This document shows positions 22,595 through 33,067 of a stretch of DNA of 64,000 nucleotides, piece by piece. The translations under genes and the position numbers were made by a program. The notes beneath the pieces are model-generated. The model ran no database searches, was not told the origin of the DNA, and saw nothing but the letters and a program-made list of their open reading frames with translations. Positions within the stretch are counted from its first letter, which is position 1; every line of letters begins with the position of its first letter. Origin of the DNA: an uncultured Solirubrobacterales bacterium (lineage in GTDB: Bacteria; Actinomycetota; Thermoleophilia; Solirubrobacterales; 70-9); NCBI GenBank assembly GCA_963808565.1, contig CAWEGM010000014.1, positions 92,918 through 156,917 on the forward strand. Reading direction: 5' to 3'.

Positions 22595-23365
22595 ATGCCG
22601 AGAATCGGGAAGATCGACTTCGACGAGCGGGCGACGGTCGTCGAGCACCTGGACGAGCTCCGGAGCCGGCTGATCGTCGGCGGCAGCGTCCTGGCGGTCG
22701 CCTTCGCCCTCGCGTTCTGGCAGAACCACCTTCTGCTGGAGATCGCAAACGCGCCGCTTCCGGGGGGCCGTGAGCCGATCACCCTGGGCGTCTCCGAGCC
22801 CTTCATGACGACCGTGAAGCTCTCGGTGTACGGGGGCTTCCTGCTGGCGCTCCCGGTCCTGCTCTGGCTCGCCGCTGGATTCCTGCTGCCGGCCCTCACC
22901 CCGGCCGAGCGGAGGGTGGTCGTTCCATTCGTCGCCGCTGTCCCGGTCCTGTTCATCGGCGGCGTGGTCTTCTCGTACTTCGTCGTCGTTCCTGCCGCGG
23001 CCCAGTTCCTGCTGAACTTCAACGGCGACGAGTTCAACATCCAGGTCAGGGCGAGCGAGTACTACAGCTTCTTCATCGTCACGCTGATGGCCGTCGGGCT
23101 CGTGTTCCAGATTCCAGTCGGGGTCCTTGCCGTGACGCGACTCGGCATCGTCACTCCCGACCAGCTCGCGCGCAACCGCCGCTATGCGGTCCTCGCGATC
23201 GCGACCGTGGCGATGCTGCTGCCCGGGACGGACCCGGTGACAATGCTGATCTCGATGCTTCCCCTGCTCGTCCTCTTCGAGCTCTCGGTCCAGCTTTCAA
23301 AGGTCGTCGGTCGGAGAGCGATCCGGGGAGCGCCGGTCGAGCCAGGCGTGGAGCCGAGCTCGTAG
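22595..23365 (+). CDS. tatC: twin-arginine translocase subunit TatC
   Basis: VEHLDELRSRLI, six TM pattern, FFIVTLMAVGLVFQIPV, AVLAIATVAMLLPGTDPVTMLISMLPLLVLFELS. Confidence 0.9.
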   Translation: MPRIGKIDFDERATVVEHLDELRSRLIVGGSVLAVAFALAFWQNHLLLEIANAPLPGGREPITLGVSEPFMTTVKLSVYGGFLLALPVLLWLAAGFLLPALTPAERRVVVPFVAAVPVLFIGGVVFSYFVVVPAAAQFLLNFNGDEFNIQVRASEYYSFFIVTLMAVGLVFQIPVGVLAVTRLGIVTPDQLARNRRYAVLAIATVAMLLPGTDPVTMLISMLPLLVLFELSVQLSKVVGRRAIRGAPVEPGVEPSS

Positions 23366-23370
23366 GGCGC

Positions 23371-23784
23371 TCATCCCCCGTCGAGGGGCCTGCGCCGGCT
23401 TCGCTTGCGCTCGGAGGTCCGGCGCTTCTGCTCCAGGCGCTTCTCCTTCGCCGCGCGCGAGGGCCTCGTCGCCCGCCGCTTCTTCGGCCGGCGCAGGCCG
23501 GCCGCGAGCTTCTCACGCAGCCGCTCCAGGGCGAGCTCCCGGTTTCGGGCCTGGCTTCGCGTGTCCTGGGCCACTGCGACGACCGTGTCTCCCAGTCGCT
23601 CGTGCAGGCGGCCACGCTGCTCGTCGGTCAGCGCCTGCGATGCCGCGACGTCGAACACCGCCTCGATTCGCGACGCGGTCACGTTCGCGTGCTGGCCGCC
23701 CGGACCCGAGGAGCGGCTCGCCCGAAGGTCGATCTCGCTGAGCGGGATCGCGACCTCGTCGCTCACCCGGAGTACCTCATCCAT
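23371..23784 (-). CDS. arfB: alternative ribosome-rescue factor ArfB (peptidyl-tRNA hydrolase, RF-1 domain)
   Basis: MDEVLRVSDEVAIPLSEIDLRASRSSGPGGQHANVTASRIE (GGQ motif) plus a basic C-terminal tail. About 137 aa. Confidence 0.8.
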   Translation of the reverse strand: MDEVLRVSDEVAIPLSEIDLRASRSSGPGGQHANVTASRIEAVFDVAASQALTDEQRGRLHERLGDTVVAVAQDTRSQARNRELALERLREKLAAGLRRPKKRRATRPSRAAKEKRLEQKRRTSERKRSRRRPLDGG

Positions 23785-23786
23785 AA

Positions 23787-23834
23787 TTAAACGGGTTGCT
23801 CCTCGGCTGCGCCTGCGGAGCACCCTCGCATAAC
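23787..23834 (+). repeat. palindromic repeat (family copy, long loop) in the divergent arfB/ahcY intergenic region
   Basis: TTAAACGGGTTGCTCC-TCGGCTGCGCCTGC-GGAGCACCCTCGCATAACC, starting 3 nt from the arfB start codon (23782-84). Confidence 0.85.
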
Positions 23835-23911
23835 CGTAGCCTTCGGCCTTGACACGGCTCGCCTGTAGCCTTGTTCGTCCTCAGATCTCGACCCAGGAGA
23901 CCACAACCCGC

Positions 23912-25393
23912 ATGAGCACCGCGACGAGTGCCCCGACCAGCACCGGCCTGCCCTTCAAGGTGGCCGACCTCTCCCTGGCCGACTTCGGCCGCAAGGAGAT
24001 CCGGCTCGCCGAGCACGAGATGCCGGGACTGATGGCGACCCGGGAGGAGTTCGCGGATTCGAAGCCGCTCACCGGCGCGCGCATCACCGGCTCCCTGCAC
24101 ATGACGATCCAGACGGCCGTCCTGATCGAGACGCTCGTAGCGCTCGGCGCCGAGGTCCGCTGGGCGAGCTGCAACATCTTCTCGACCCAGGACCACGCCG
24201 CGGCCGCGGCGGCGGTGGGGTCGAACGGCACCCCCGACGATCCGCAGGGCGTGCCCGTGTTCGCCTGGAAGGGGGAGACCCTCGAGGAGTACTGGTGGTG
24301 CACCCTCCAGGCGCTCACCTGGCCCGAGCCCGGCCCGAACGGCGAATCCGGCCCGAACATGCTTCTCGACGACGGGGGCGATGCGACCCTGCTCGTCCAC
24401 AAGGGTGTCGAGTACGAGGCTGCGAAGGCGGTCCCCGCCGCCGTGGCGGCCGGCTCCGAGGAGGAGCGGGTGATCCTCGATCTCCTGCGGGAAAGCCTCG
24501 CCGCGGAGCCGCAGCGCTTCACCGAGATGGCGGCCGGAATCAAGGGGGTCACCGAGGAGACCACCACCGGGGTCGTCCGCCTCTACGAGCGCCAGGCGAA
24601 CGGCACGCTGCTGTTCCCGGCGATCAACGTGAACGACTCGGTCACGAAGTCGAAGTTCGACAACATCTACGGCTGCCGGCATTCGCTGATCGACGGGATC
24701 AACCGCGCGACCGACGTGATGATCGGCGGCAAGACCGCCGTCGTCTGCGGGTTCGGCGACGTCGGCAAGGGCTGCGCCGAGTCCCTCCGGGGGCAGGGCG
24801 CGCGTGTGATCGTCACCGAGATCGATCCGATCTGCGCCCTCCAGGCGGCGATGCAGGGCCATGAGGTCCGCCGGATCGAGAGCGTGCTCGACGAGGGCGA
24901 CATCTTCATCACGGCGACCGGCAACAGGGACGTGATCACCGTCGACCACATGGCGCAGATGAAGCACCAGGCGATCGTCGGCAACATCGGTCACTTCGAC
25001 GACGAGATCCAGATGGCGGCGCTCGAGAAGGTCGACGGGATCGAGAGGATCAACATCAAGCCGCAGGTCGACGAGTGGCGCTTCCCCGACGGCCACTCGG
25101 TGATCGTCCTCTCCGAGGGCAGGCTGCTGAACCTGGGGAATGCGACCGGGCATCCCAGCTTCGTGATGTCCAACTCGTTCACCAACCAGGTGATCGCGCA
25201 GGTCGAGCTGTTCGGGAACGCCGAGGCGTATGGCAAGGAGGTCCACGTCCTGCCGAAGCACCTGGACGAGAAGGTGGCGCACCTCCACCTCGACGCGCTC
25301 GGCGTCGAGCTGAGCCGGCTCGCGCCGGAGCAGGCCGCCTACATCGGCGTGCCGCTCGAGGGTCCCTACAAGAGCGACCGCTACCGCTACTAG
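23912..25393 (+). CDS. ahcY: adenosylhomocysteinase
   Basis: [104 protein letters not shown]. Confidence 0.95.
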   Translation: MSTATSAPTSTGLPFKVADLSLADFGRKEIRLAEHEMPGLMATREEFADSKPLTGARITGSLHMTIQTAVLIETLVALGAEVRWASCNIFSTQDHAAAAAAVGSNGTPDDPQGVPVFAWKGETLEEYWWCTLQALTWPEPGPNGESGPNMLLDDGGDATLLVHKGVEYEAAKAVPAAVAAGSEEERVILDLLRESLAAEPQRFTEMAAGIKGVTEETTTGVVRLYERQANGTLLFPAINVNDSVTKSKFDNIYGCRHSLIDGINRATDVMIGGKTAVVCGFGDVGKGCAESLRGQGARVIVTEIDPICALQAAMQGHEVRRIESVLDEGDIFITATGNRDVITVDHMAQMKHQAIVGNIGHFDDEIQMAALEKVDGIERINIKPQVDEWRFPDGHSVIVLSEGRLLNLGNATGHPSFVMSNSFTNQVIAQVELFGNAEAYGKEVHVLPKHLDEKVAHLHLDALGVELSRLAPEQAAYIGVPLEGPYKSDRYRY

Positions 25394-25449
25394 ACGCGGC
25401 TGCCGGGCGTCTCTAGCATCCCTGCCCGCGGGATGGTGGGAGGGACGAG

Positions 25450-26739
25450 ATGAAGCTGCGGGTCGGGTTGCTGGTCGGGTGGCCTGGCTCTGCTGGCGGC
25501 GCCGTCGAACGCCGGAGCGGTCACCCTCGAGCCGGTCGGGAACTTCAGCAGCCCGATCTTCGTCACCTCACCGCCGGGTGATCCCCGGCTGTTCGTCGTC
25601 GAGCGCGCCGGTCGGATTCAGGTGATGCATGACGGGACGACCACGCAGTTCCTGGACATCGCCTCGATGGTCAGCACGGAGGGCGAGCGCGGCCTGCTCT
25701 CGATGGCATTCGACCCGAACTACGCCTCGAACGGCCTCTTCTACGTGTTCTTCAATGACGACGGGGACGGGGGCGCCGCCCTCGGGGACATCCACATAGA
25801 CGAGTTTCGCGTCGGACCCAATCCGAACGTGGCCGATCCGATCAGCCGCAGGCGGGTGCTGACCATCGGCCACAGCGCCTTCAGCAACCACAACGGCGGT
25901 CAGCTTCAGTTCGGCAAGGACGGCCTGCTCTACATCTCTGTCGGAGATGGTGGGGGAAACTGGGGCAAACGCTCAGACGCTCAATAATCCGCTCGGAAAG
26001 ATCCTGCGCATAGATCCGCACGGGCCGGACGACGGCAACTACACCGTTCCATCCTCGAATCCGTTCCCCACCAGCGCCACCCCGGAGATCTGGAGCCTCG
26101 GCCTCCGCAACCCATTTCGCTTCTCGTTCGACCGCCTTACGGGCGACATCGCGATCGGCGACGTCGGCGCGAGCTCCTTCGAGGAGATCGACTACGTCCC
26201 GGCCGCGGCCGGGCTCCGGCGGCGGTACGAACTACGGCTGGCCGAACTGCGAGGGCTTCCAGGGCAACTGCCCCGGAGCGACGCTCCCCGTATTCGCGAT
26301 CGCACACACCGATCCCTGCAACGCGCTGATCGGCGGTTACGTCTACCGCGGCAGCAGGGCTCCGGAGCTCTTCGGGCGCTACGTCTACACCGACAACTGC
26401 CATCCCGAGCTCCGCTCGATCGCGCTGGCGACGCCCATCGCGAGTGACGACCGCCCGGAAGGCGCGAGCGTGCCGGCGTTCGCCCCCTTCTCATTCGGCG
26501 AGGACGCGAACTGCGATCTCTATCTCGCCGCCGGGAACTCGGTCGACCGGATCATCGGCTCGGCCGCGTCGGCACCACCGGCATGCGCGTCGGCCCCACC
26601 GCCCGCGGCGCAAGCGCCGACCGGTCCCGTTACGGTCAAGAACAAGTGCAAGCGGAAGCGCAGCGGCCCCAAGGGCAAGCGCTGCAAGAAGGCTTCCGCG
26701 CAGTTCGGGTTCGCGAGCACGGTGACGAGCTCGCGGTAG
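25450..26739 (+). pseudogene. PQQ-dependent sugar (glucose/sorbosone) dehydrogenase-like beta-propeller, frame-disrupted
   Basis: PIFVTSPPGDPRLFVVERAGRIQV, ERGLLSMAFDPNYASNGLFYVFF, HNGGQLQFGKDGLLYISVGDGG, LGKILRIDP, IWSLGLRNPFRFSFD, IGDVGASSFEEIDY, NYGWPNCEG. Pieces lie in three frames. Lys/Cys-rich C-terminal tail. Confidence 0.65.
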
Positions 26740-26790
26740 CGGACTTCCCCTTCCGGGTAGGGTCCCGACGTCGTGGAGGGGCACCCGGAG

Positions 26791-27834
26791 ATGAGGGCGA
26801 TGATCCTGGCGGCGGGCCTCGGCACCCGTCTGAGGCCGCTCACCTATGTGATGCCGAAGCCGGTCGCCCCGGTGCTGAACGTCCCGATCATCGCGCGGAT
26901 CGCCGAGCTGCTCTCGACGCACGGGTTCACGGAGATCGTCACGAACGTCTCCTACCTGCCGGAGCAGATAGGCGAGGTTCTCGGCGACGGCTCCCGCTTC
27001 GGGCTCTCGGTCACCTACAGCGTGGAGACGGAGCCTCTCGGCACCGCTGGCGGGGTCGGGAAAGTCCGGGACTTCCTCTCCGAGACCGACTCGTTCCTGG
27101 TCATCTCGGGAGATGCGCTCACCGACATCGACCTCTCGGAGATGCGCCGGGCTCACGAGGCGAATGTGGCCAAGGGGGCGATCGCCACGCTCGCGACCAA
27201 GCGGGTCGAGGACACGACGCAGTTCGGGGTCGTGATCACCGATGATGAGGGGCGGATCCAGGGCTTCCAGGAGAAGCCGCAGCCGGCGGAGGCCCTGTCC
27301 GACTTGGCGAACTGCGGCATCTACATGTTCCGGGCCGAGATCTTCGACCACTTCCCGTCGACCGACCATCGCAGTCCGGCGGGCGACGAGGGCCAGCCAC
27401 CCGGGTTCGTCGACTGGGCGATTGACGTTTTCCCGGCGCTGCTCGAGGGTGACATCCCCTTCTACTCGCACGAGATCGATGCTTACTGGAACGACATCGG
27501 CTCGGTCGCGGAGTTCGTCCAGGGCAACCTCGACGCTCTCACCGGAAAGGTGTCGATCGAGCCGCCGGTACCCGAGGTCGCCACGGGCGTCCATGCCGGC
27601 AACGCGAACGACCTGGATGCCGTCAAGGTCAAGCCCCCGGTGCTGATCGGCGAGAACTGCGAGCTGCACACGGGCGTGGACCTCCACGGACCGGTCGTGA
27701 TCGGCGATCGCTGCAGGGTCGGGCCCTCGGTGATGCTCCGCGACGCCGTCGTCCTGCCGGGAGCGGAGATCCCGGCAGGTGGGCTGGTCGTGGGCGGCCT
27801 CTACGGGGTCGCGGCGGACCGCCCCCTGGGCTAG
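26791..27834 (+). CDS. sugar-1-phosphate nucleotidyltransferase (NTP_transferase plus hexapeptide repeat domain)
   Basis: [82 protein letters not shown]. Intact ORF and a paralog of the disrupted 18755 gene. Confidence 0.8.
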   Translation: MRAMILAAGLGTRLRPLTYVMPKPVAPVLNVPIIARIAELLSTHGFTEIVTNVSYLPEQIGEVLGDGSRFGLSVTYSVETEPLGTAGGVGKVRDFLSETDSFLVISGDALTDIDLSEMRRAHEANVAKGAIATLATKRVEDTTQFGVVITDDEGRIQGFQEKPQPAEALSDLANCGIYMFRAEIFDHFPSTDHRSPAGDEGQPPGFVDWAIDVFPALLEGDIPFYSHEIDAYWNDIGSVAEFVQGNLDALTGKVSIEPPVPEVATGVHAGNANDLDAVKVKPPVLIGENCELHTGVDLHGPVVIGDRCRVGPSVMLRDAVVLPGAEIPAGGLVVGGLYGVAADRPLG

Positions 27835-27870
27835 ATGCGAGGGTGCTCCGTTAGGAGCAACCCGTTTAAT
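27831..27870 (-). repeat. palindromic repeat (family copy, short loop)
   Basis: CTAGATGCGAGGGTGCTCC-GTTA-GGAGCAACCCGTTTAAT. TAG 27832-34 is the stop of the upstream gene and is followed directly by ATG. Confidence 0.85.
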
Positions 27871-27875
27871 GAGGC

Positions 27876-28346
27876 CTAGGTCTGGAGTTCGCGGACGACG
27901 TCGTCCGCCCACGGGTTGTCGCCCATCCCATCCTGGTCGCAGACGATCGCCTCGCCGTCGCCGGGCCACTGGAGCGTCACCCTGGTGGTCATCTTCATCC
28001 GCTCGGTGCCGACCTCGAGCCCGTCGCGATCCCAGGCGGCGACCTCCTCTTTCACCTCGATGCCGCTGCGCTTCTGCTTGTACTTGAACGCGTGGAGCCC
28101 GCTCGGGGTGACCGCGAGGAGGAATTGACCCGGCAGGCCGCCCGCCTTCTGCTTCCCCCGCATGTGGGCGGCGCCGTACGCCAGCGCGCCGATCTGGAGC
28201 TTGCTGATCCCGTACTTGGTGCCGGCCCCGGTCGTCCGGAAGGTTCCGACCGCGAGGACCTCCTCGTCGACGTGAGGCTCGACGGATTCGCGGAACTTGA
28301 CGCGGTACTCCTCCTCAACCTCGGGGCTGATGTCGAATCGTCCCAT
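27876..28346 (-). CDS. hypothetical protein (156 aa)
   Basis: Intact GC3-rich ORF MGRFDISPEVEEEYRVKFRES... I recognise no family. Confidence 0.6.
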   Translation of the reverse strand: MGRFDISPEVEEEYRVKFRESVEPHVDEEVLAVGTFRTTGAGTKYGISKLQIGALAYGAAHMRGKQKAGGLPGQFLLAVTPSGLHAFKYKQKRSGIEVKEEVAAWDRDGLEVGTERMKMTTRVTLQWPGDGEAIVCDQDGMGDNPWADDVVRELQT

Positions 28347-28454
28347 CGGGTCCCTCCTCGGGATCGTGCCCCCTGTGTGTGTCGGCCGACTCTACTTCCG
28401 TTCGCTTTACGGAGTGCGTGCAATTCGTCACCGATCAGCGGTGACACTGCGCCC

Positions 28455-29162
28455 ATGGAGGCCGGCCTGCTCGCCCGGCTCGTGAGCATCGTCGCACCGC
28501 CGCGCTGCCCGGCGTGCGGGGAGCCGTGCGGCTCTGGAGCGCCCCTCTGCGCCGCTTGCGAGGACGAACTCTCGCTCGCGGAGACGAGCCGCGCACCGCC
28601 CCCGCCGGAAGTGGATCTGGCAGTGGCCGCGGCTCCGTACGACGGGATCGCGCGCCGGATCATCCACGGGCTCAAGTACGACCGCAGGCTCTCGCTCGCC
28701 GCCGTCGCGGCGGTGGCGGTGCTGGAAGCGCTGCCCCGGGGGGAGCGGCCGGATGCGGTCGTGCCCGTCCCGGCGTCGCCGGGTCGATGGCGGTGGCGGG
28801 GATTCGACTCGGCGGAGGAGATCGCGATCGCCGTCTCGCGGCGGAGCGCCCTGCCGTTCGACCCCTGCCTGCGCCGCTCCGGCGGGCGCCGGCAGGTGGG
28901 GAGGAGGCGGCTCGATCGGCTCGCGGATCCGCCCGGCGTGCGGGCCATCCGGCAGGCGCCACGAGCGGCGTTGCTCGTGGATGACGTCTGGACGACGGGG
29001 GCCACGCTCTCGGCATGTGCGCGTGCCCTCCGCGGGGCCGGCTGCCGGAGAGTGGTCGCTCTCGCGTTGGCGCGCTCCGAAAATTCGACCAATCGCTTGC
29101 CCGCACCAGGCGGCGCCCGTAGCATTTATCGGCCGCAACCCGAGGGAAGGAGGCCGAGGTGA
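28455..29162 (+). CDS. comF: ComF-family protein (phosphoribosyltransferase domain)
   Basis: N-terminal Cys4 (CPACGEPCGSGAPLCAAC), YDGIARRIIHGLKY, LLVDDVWTTGATLSACARAL. Located upstream of hpf-secA as in many bacteria. Confidence 0.75.
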   Translation: MEAGLLARLVSIVAPPRCPACGEPCGSGAPLCAACEDELSLAETSRAPPPPEVDLAVAAAPYDGIARRIIHGLKYDRRLSLAAVAAVAVLEALPRGERPDAVVPVPASPGRWRWRGFDSAEEIAIAVSRRSALPFDPCLRRSGGRRQVGRRRLDRLADPPGVRAIRQAPRAALLVDDVWTTGATLSACARALRGAGCRRVVALALARSENSTNRLPAPGGARSIYRPQPEGRRPR

Positions 29163-29506
29163 GGATCGAAATCCGAGGGAAGAACGTCGAGGTCACCGAC
29201 GAGGTTCGCCAGGCGGTGATCCAGCGGTTCGCGCGGGTGGGGAAGCAGGTCTCCGAGTTCGCGACGCTGAATGTCGAGCTATGCGAGGAGAGGAATCCCC
29301 GGATCTCGGACCGGATGGTCGCGGAGGCGACCCTGGGGCTGAAGGGCGTCACCCTCCGGGCAAAGGAGGCCTCCCCCGACATGCTCCACACGATCCACGA
29401 GCTCGCGGAGAACATCCGCCGCCAGGTCAAGAAGCATCGCGAGAAGCGCCGCAAGCGCCACAGGACTCGGAAGATGATGCAGCGGCTCAGGGGCGAAACC
29501 GCTTAA
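29159..29506 (+). CDS. hpf: ribosome hibernation promoting factor, short form
   Basis: MRIEIRGKNVEVTDEVRQAVIQRFARVGK... 115 aa with basic tail. GTG start overlaps the comF stop (GTGA). Confidence 0.8.
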   Translation: MRIEIRGKNVEVTDEVRQAVIQRFARVGKQVSEFATLNVELCEERNPRISDRMVAEATLGLKGVTLRAKEASPDMLHTIHELAENIRRQVKKHREKRRKRHRTRKMMQRLRGETA

Positions 29507-29540
29507 GGCGGATTTCGCGCGCAAGCTAACCTAGGTCTCA

Positions 29541-32369
29541 ATGGCCAGAGGACTTATCGACCGCGCCCTGCGGATGGGCGAGTCGAAGCAGTTCAAGGAG
29601 TACCAGGGCCGGGTCGAGTCGATCAATCGAGTCGAGCCGGAGATGGAGCTGCTCGACGACTCGGAGCTCCGCAGCGAGGCGGAGGCGCTCCGCGAGCGCG
29701 CCCGTAACGGCGAATCTCTCGATGACCTGCTCCCCGAGGCGTTCGCGCTCGTGCGCGAGGCGGGGCGGCGAGGGATCGGGCAGCGCCATTTCGACGTCCA
29801 GCTGATCGGCGGCATGGTCCTTCACTCGGGCTCGATCGCCGAGATGAAGACCGGCGAGGGGAAGACCCTGACCGCGACGCTGCCGGTGTTCCTGAACACG
29901 CTCGCCGGCGACCCGGTTCACCTGGTCACCGTCAACGACTACCTCGCCCGTCGCGACGCCGAATGGATGAGACCTATCTACGAGGCGCTGGGGGTCAGGG
30001 TGGCCGCGATCCAGGAGGGAGACGACCCCCAGACCCGCCGCGAAAAGTACGCGCACGACGTGGTCTACGGAACCAACTCGGAGTTCGGCTTCGACTACCT
30101 CCGGGACAACATGGCCGGATCGCTCGAGGACTGCGTACAGCGCGGCTATCACTTCGCGATCGTCGACGAGGTCGACAACATCCTGATCGACGAGGCGCGG
30201 ACCCCCCTCATCATCTCAGGCCGTCCGGAGCAGGCCGCCGACCTCTACTACACGTTCGCCCGCCTGGCCAAGCAGATGGTGGGGGAGGCCCACAAGGAGA
30301 AGCTGAAGTCACTGGGCGAGTCCAAGGACACCTCCCAGGTCGACTACGACTACGAGTACGACGAGAAGCACAAGACGGTCGCACCGACCGAGCGGGGGAT
30401 CACGAAGGCCGAGGAGTTCCTCGGGGTCGAGAACCTCTACCTGAGCGAGCACGGGACGCTCGTCAACCACCTGATCCAGTCCCTCAAGGCCGAGTCCCTC
30501 TACAAGCGCGGCGTCGAGTACGAGATCGTCAACGGCGAGGTGATGATCATCGACGAGTTCACCGGCCGGATCCTCGAGGGCCGGCGGTGGTCGGAGGGGC
30601 TTCACCAGGCCGTCGAGGCGAAGGAGGGCGTCGCCATCCGGGAGGAGAACCAGACGCTCGCCACGATCACGCTCCAGAACTACTTTCGGCTCTACGACAA
30701 GCTCTCCGGGATGACCGGCACGGCGCTGACCGAGGCCCAGGAGTTCATGAAGATCTACAAGATGCCGACCGTCGAGATCCCGACCAACGTGCCGATGGTC
30801 AGGGCCGACCACAACGACCAGATCTACAAGACCAAGGACGGCAAGTGGAACGCGGTGATCAACGAGATCCAGCGGCGCCACGAGGCCGGGCAGCCGACGC
30901 TGGTCGGAACGATCTCGGTCGAGGTCTCCGAGATGATCTCGGATCAGTTGAAGCGCCGGGGCGTCGAGCACGTCGTCCTGAACGCCAAGCCCGAGCACGC
31001 CCAACGCGAGGGCGAGACGATCGCGCAGGCAGGGAGCAAGGGTTCGGTGACGATCGCGACCAACATGGCCGGCCGCGGCGTCGACATCAAGCTCGGCGGC
31101 AGCCCCGAGGGACTCGCGGAGGGCGAGCTCCGCAAGCTCGGTGTGACGCCCAACGACGAGAGCTACGCCGAAGAGGTGGAGGCGACGGTCGATCGCCTTC
31201 GCCCCCAGTGCGAGGCCGAGGCGGAAGAGGTCCGCGAGCTGGGTGGCCTCTTCATCTGCGGAACCGAGCGGCACGAGTCTCGGCGGATCGACAACCAGCT
31301 TCGCGGCCGTTCCGGGCGCCAGGGCGATCCCGGCGAGTCGGCCTTCTTCCTCTCCGCCGAGGACGACCTGATCCGCCTGTTCGCCGGCGATCGGATCTAC
31401 AAGATCCTCGATCGCCTCGGCCCGGTGGATGACGAGGGCCAGGAGGAGGCACTCGAGGCGAAGATGCTCACCCGGACGATCGAGAACGCGCAGAAGAAGG
31501 TCGAGGAGCAGAACTTCCTCATCCGCAAGCGCGTCCTCGAATACGACGACGTGATGAACGAGCAGCGGCGGGTGATCTACAAGTACCGCCGAGAGATCCT
31601 CGAGGGCAAGGACATGTCCGATCAGGCGCGCGTCGGCGTCGGCGACGTCGTCAGCCAGATGGTTGACGAGTTCACCCCCGGCGACGTGATCGAGGACTGG
31701 GACCTGGACAGCCTCGAGGCCCAGGTACACCAGCTCTGGCCGTCGACGACGGATCTATCGGGCGTCGAGCCGGAGAACCTCGACCGGGAGGACCTCAGGG
31801 AGCGGCTGCTCGCCGACGTCCTCGCGGCCTACGACCGCCGCGAGCAGGAGTTCGGGGACGAGATCATGCGCCAGCTCGAGCGCGCGATCCTGCTTCAGAT
31901 CATCGACAACCGCTGGCGCGAGCACCTCTACGAGATGGACTACCTGCGCGAGGGGATCCACCTCCGCGGCTTCGCCCAGATCGATCCGCTGGTCGCCTAC
32001 AAGAACGAGGGCTTCTCGATGTTCGAGGCACTCATGCACGCGGTCTGGGAGGAGTTCGCGCGGCTGATCTTCCACGTGGAGGTCGAGGTCGCCCCGCAGG
32101 CCCAGGAGCAGTTCGCGCCCGGCGAGTCGCCCGCCCGGATGGAGTACTCAGGCGGGACCGCGGAGCAGCCGTCCGCGCTCGGCCAGGCCGCGGTCGCCAC
32201 AGCCTCTGGTCCGGACGCGGCCGCCGAGCGGACCCTGGAGGCAACCGGGGGCAACGGCGCGCCGACCGAGCAGGAGACGGTCGTCAAGGACGACCGCGAC
32301 AAGATCGGCCGAAACGATCCCTGCTGGTGCGGCTCGGGCAAGAAGTACAAGAAGTGCCACGGCGCGTAG
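29541..32369 (+). CDS. secA: preprotein translocase ATPase SecA
   Basis: 942-aa intact ORF: MKTGEGKTLTATLPVFLNTL, FAIVDEVDNILIDEARTPLIISG, GMTGTA, TNMAGRGVDIKLGG, C-terminal zinc motif CWCGSGKKYKKCHG. Confidence 0.98.
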   Translation: MARGLIDRALRMGESKQFKEYQGRVESINRVEPEMELLDDSELRSEAEALRERARNGESLDDLLPEAFALVREAGRRGIGQRHFDVQLIGGMVLHSGSIAEMKTGEGKTLTATLPVFLNTLAGDPVHLVTVNDYLARRDAEWMRPIYEALGVRVAAIQEGDDPQTRREKYAHDVVYGTNSEFGFDYLRDNMAGSLEDCVQRGYHFAIVDEVDNILIDEARTPLIISGRPEQAADLYYTFARLAKQMVGEAHKEKLKSLGESKDTSQVDYDYEYDEKHKTVAPTERGITKAEEFLGVENLYLSEHGTLVNHLIQSLKAESLYKRGVEYEIVNGEVMIIDEFTGRILEGRRWSEGLHQAVEAKEGVAIREENQTLATITLQNYFRLYDKLSGMTGTALTEAQEFMKIYKMPTVEIPTNVPMVRADHNDQIYKTKDGKWNAVINEIQRRHEAGQPTLVGTISVEVSEMISDQLKRRGVEHVVLNAKPEHAQREGETIAQAGSKGSVTIATNMAGRGVDIKLGGSPEGLAEGELRKLGVTPNDESYAEEVEATVDRLRPQCEAEAEEVRELGGLFICGTERHESRRIDNQLRGRSGRQGDPGESAFFLSAEDDLIRLFAGDRIYKILDRLGPVDDEGQEEALEAKMLTRTIENAQKKVEEQNFLIRKRVLEYDDVMNEQRRVIYKYRREILEGKDMSDQARVGVGDVVSQMVDEFTPGDVIEDWDLDSLEAQVHQLWPSTTDLSGVEPENLDREDLRERLLADVLAAYDRREQEFGDEIMRQLERAILLQIIDNRWREHLYEMDYLREGIHLRGFAQIDPLVAYKNEGFSMFEALMHAVWEEFARLIFHVEVEVAPQAQEQFAPGESPARMEYSGGTAEQPSALGQAAVATASGPDAAAERTLEATGGNGAPTEQETVVKDDRDKIGRNDPCWCGSGKKYKKCHGA

Positions 32370-32415
32370 CCGCGACCTGACTATCTAGGCGTGAGTGGCG
32401 GCGGCCGTCAGCCTG

Positions 32416-32853
32416 TTACTGCGGCGTCGGCTGCGGGACCGGGATCGGGACCGACAGCGAGACGCCCGCCTTGCAGACGAACTTGCCGGCGGTTCGCTTC
32501 TTGGCCTTCACACGCACCGAGTTCGTCCCGGCCGGGAGATTGGTCGGCAGTTTGCCCGACAGCACCCAATTGCCGCTGGTGTTGCTGGTCGCGTCCTCGT
32601 CGATCGCCGTGATCACGGCGCCGTTGGCATCGACGACCTGCAACTTCACGACTCTCTGGCTCTTGCACGCGGTGACGGTACTGAGCGTGCCGCTCGCTTT
32701 CACCTGCCCGCCCGGGTTGAACTTCGGGCTGCCGGTGAAGAACACGACCACGGTGTCCTTCTTCTTTGCGGCCAATGCGGCGGCGCTGAATGCCCCCAGG
32801 CAGAGCGCCGCGACAGCGATCAAACCCAAGGTCGTCCTTGCTGCTGTTCTCAT
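32416..32853 (-). CDS. secreted hypothetical protein
   Basis: MRTAARTTLGLIAVAALCLGAFSAAALA signal peptide followed by a beta-rich domain. No family recognised. Confidence 0.55.
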   Translation of the reverse strand: MRTAARTTLGLIAVAALCLGAFSAAALAAKKKDTVVVFFTGSPKFNPGGQVKASGTLSTVTACKSQRVVKLQVVDANGAVITAIDEDATSNTSGNWVLSGKLPTNLPAGTNSVRVKAKKRTAGKFVCKAGVSLSVPIPVPQPTPQ

Positions 32854-33067
32854 GTCTCCTCCTCGCAAGAGTGTCCCGCTTGCATGGAGCGCCAACGGGC
32901 AACCGGGAGGCGTCTAACCAAAGGATCGCCCGCGACGCTCCATGTCTTGGGCCTCGGCCCCGCCAAGATAACCGGTGGTACGCGGGGCATCCACGTAATA
33001 CCTCGAGGACGGTGGTTCAAACCGGGAGACGTGATGCCTGGCGACCGCAAGTCGAATGCGGCAGGGT

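Noticed and set aside
23835-23911. Possible SAH riboswitch upstream of ahcY
   Set aside because: The 77-nt leader shows neither the conserved SAH-riboswitch pseudoknot core as I remember it nor any convincing stem set. It cannot be supported without a covariance-model scan.
25392-25434. Hairpins after ahcY (AGACGC...GCGTCT; CATCCC...GGGATG) as terminators
   Set aside because: The stems are short (6 bp), have no U-tract and overlap the stop codon. The evidence is too weak to annotate.
33005-33030. tRNA-like T-loop string ggtggttcaaaccgggag
   Set aside because: The flanks do not pair into a T-arm, and no acceptor, anticodon or D stems can be drawn. It lies in the intergenic region between the minus-strand genes 32416..32853 and 33068..33919. 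No tRNA is supported anywhere in the window.
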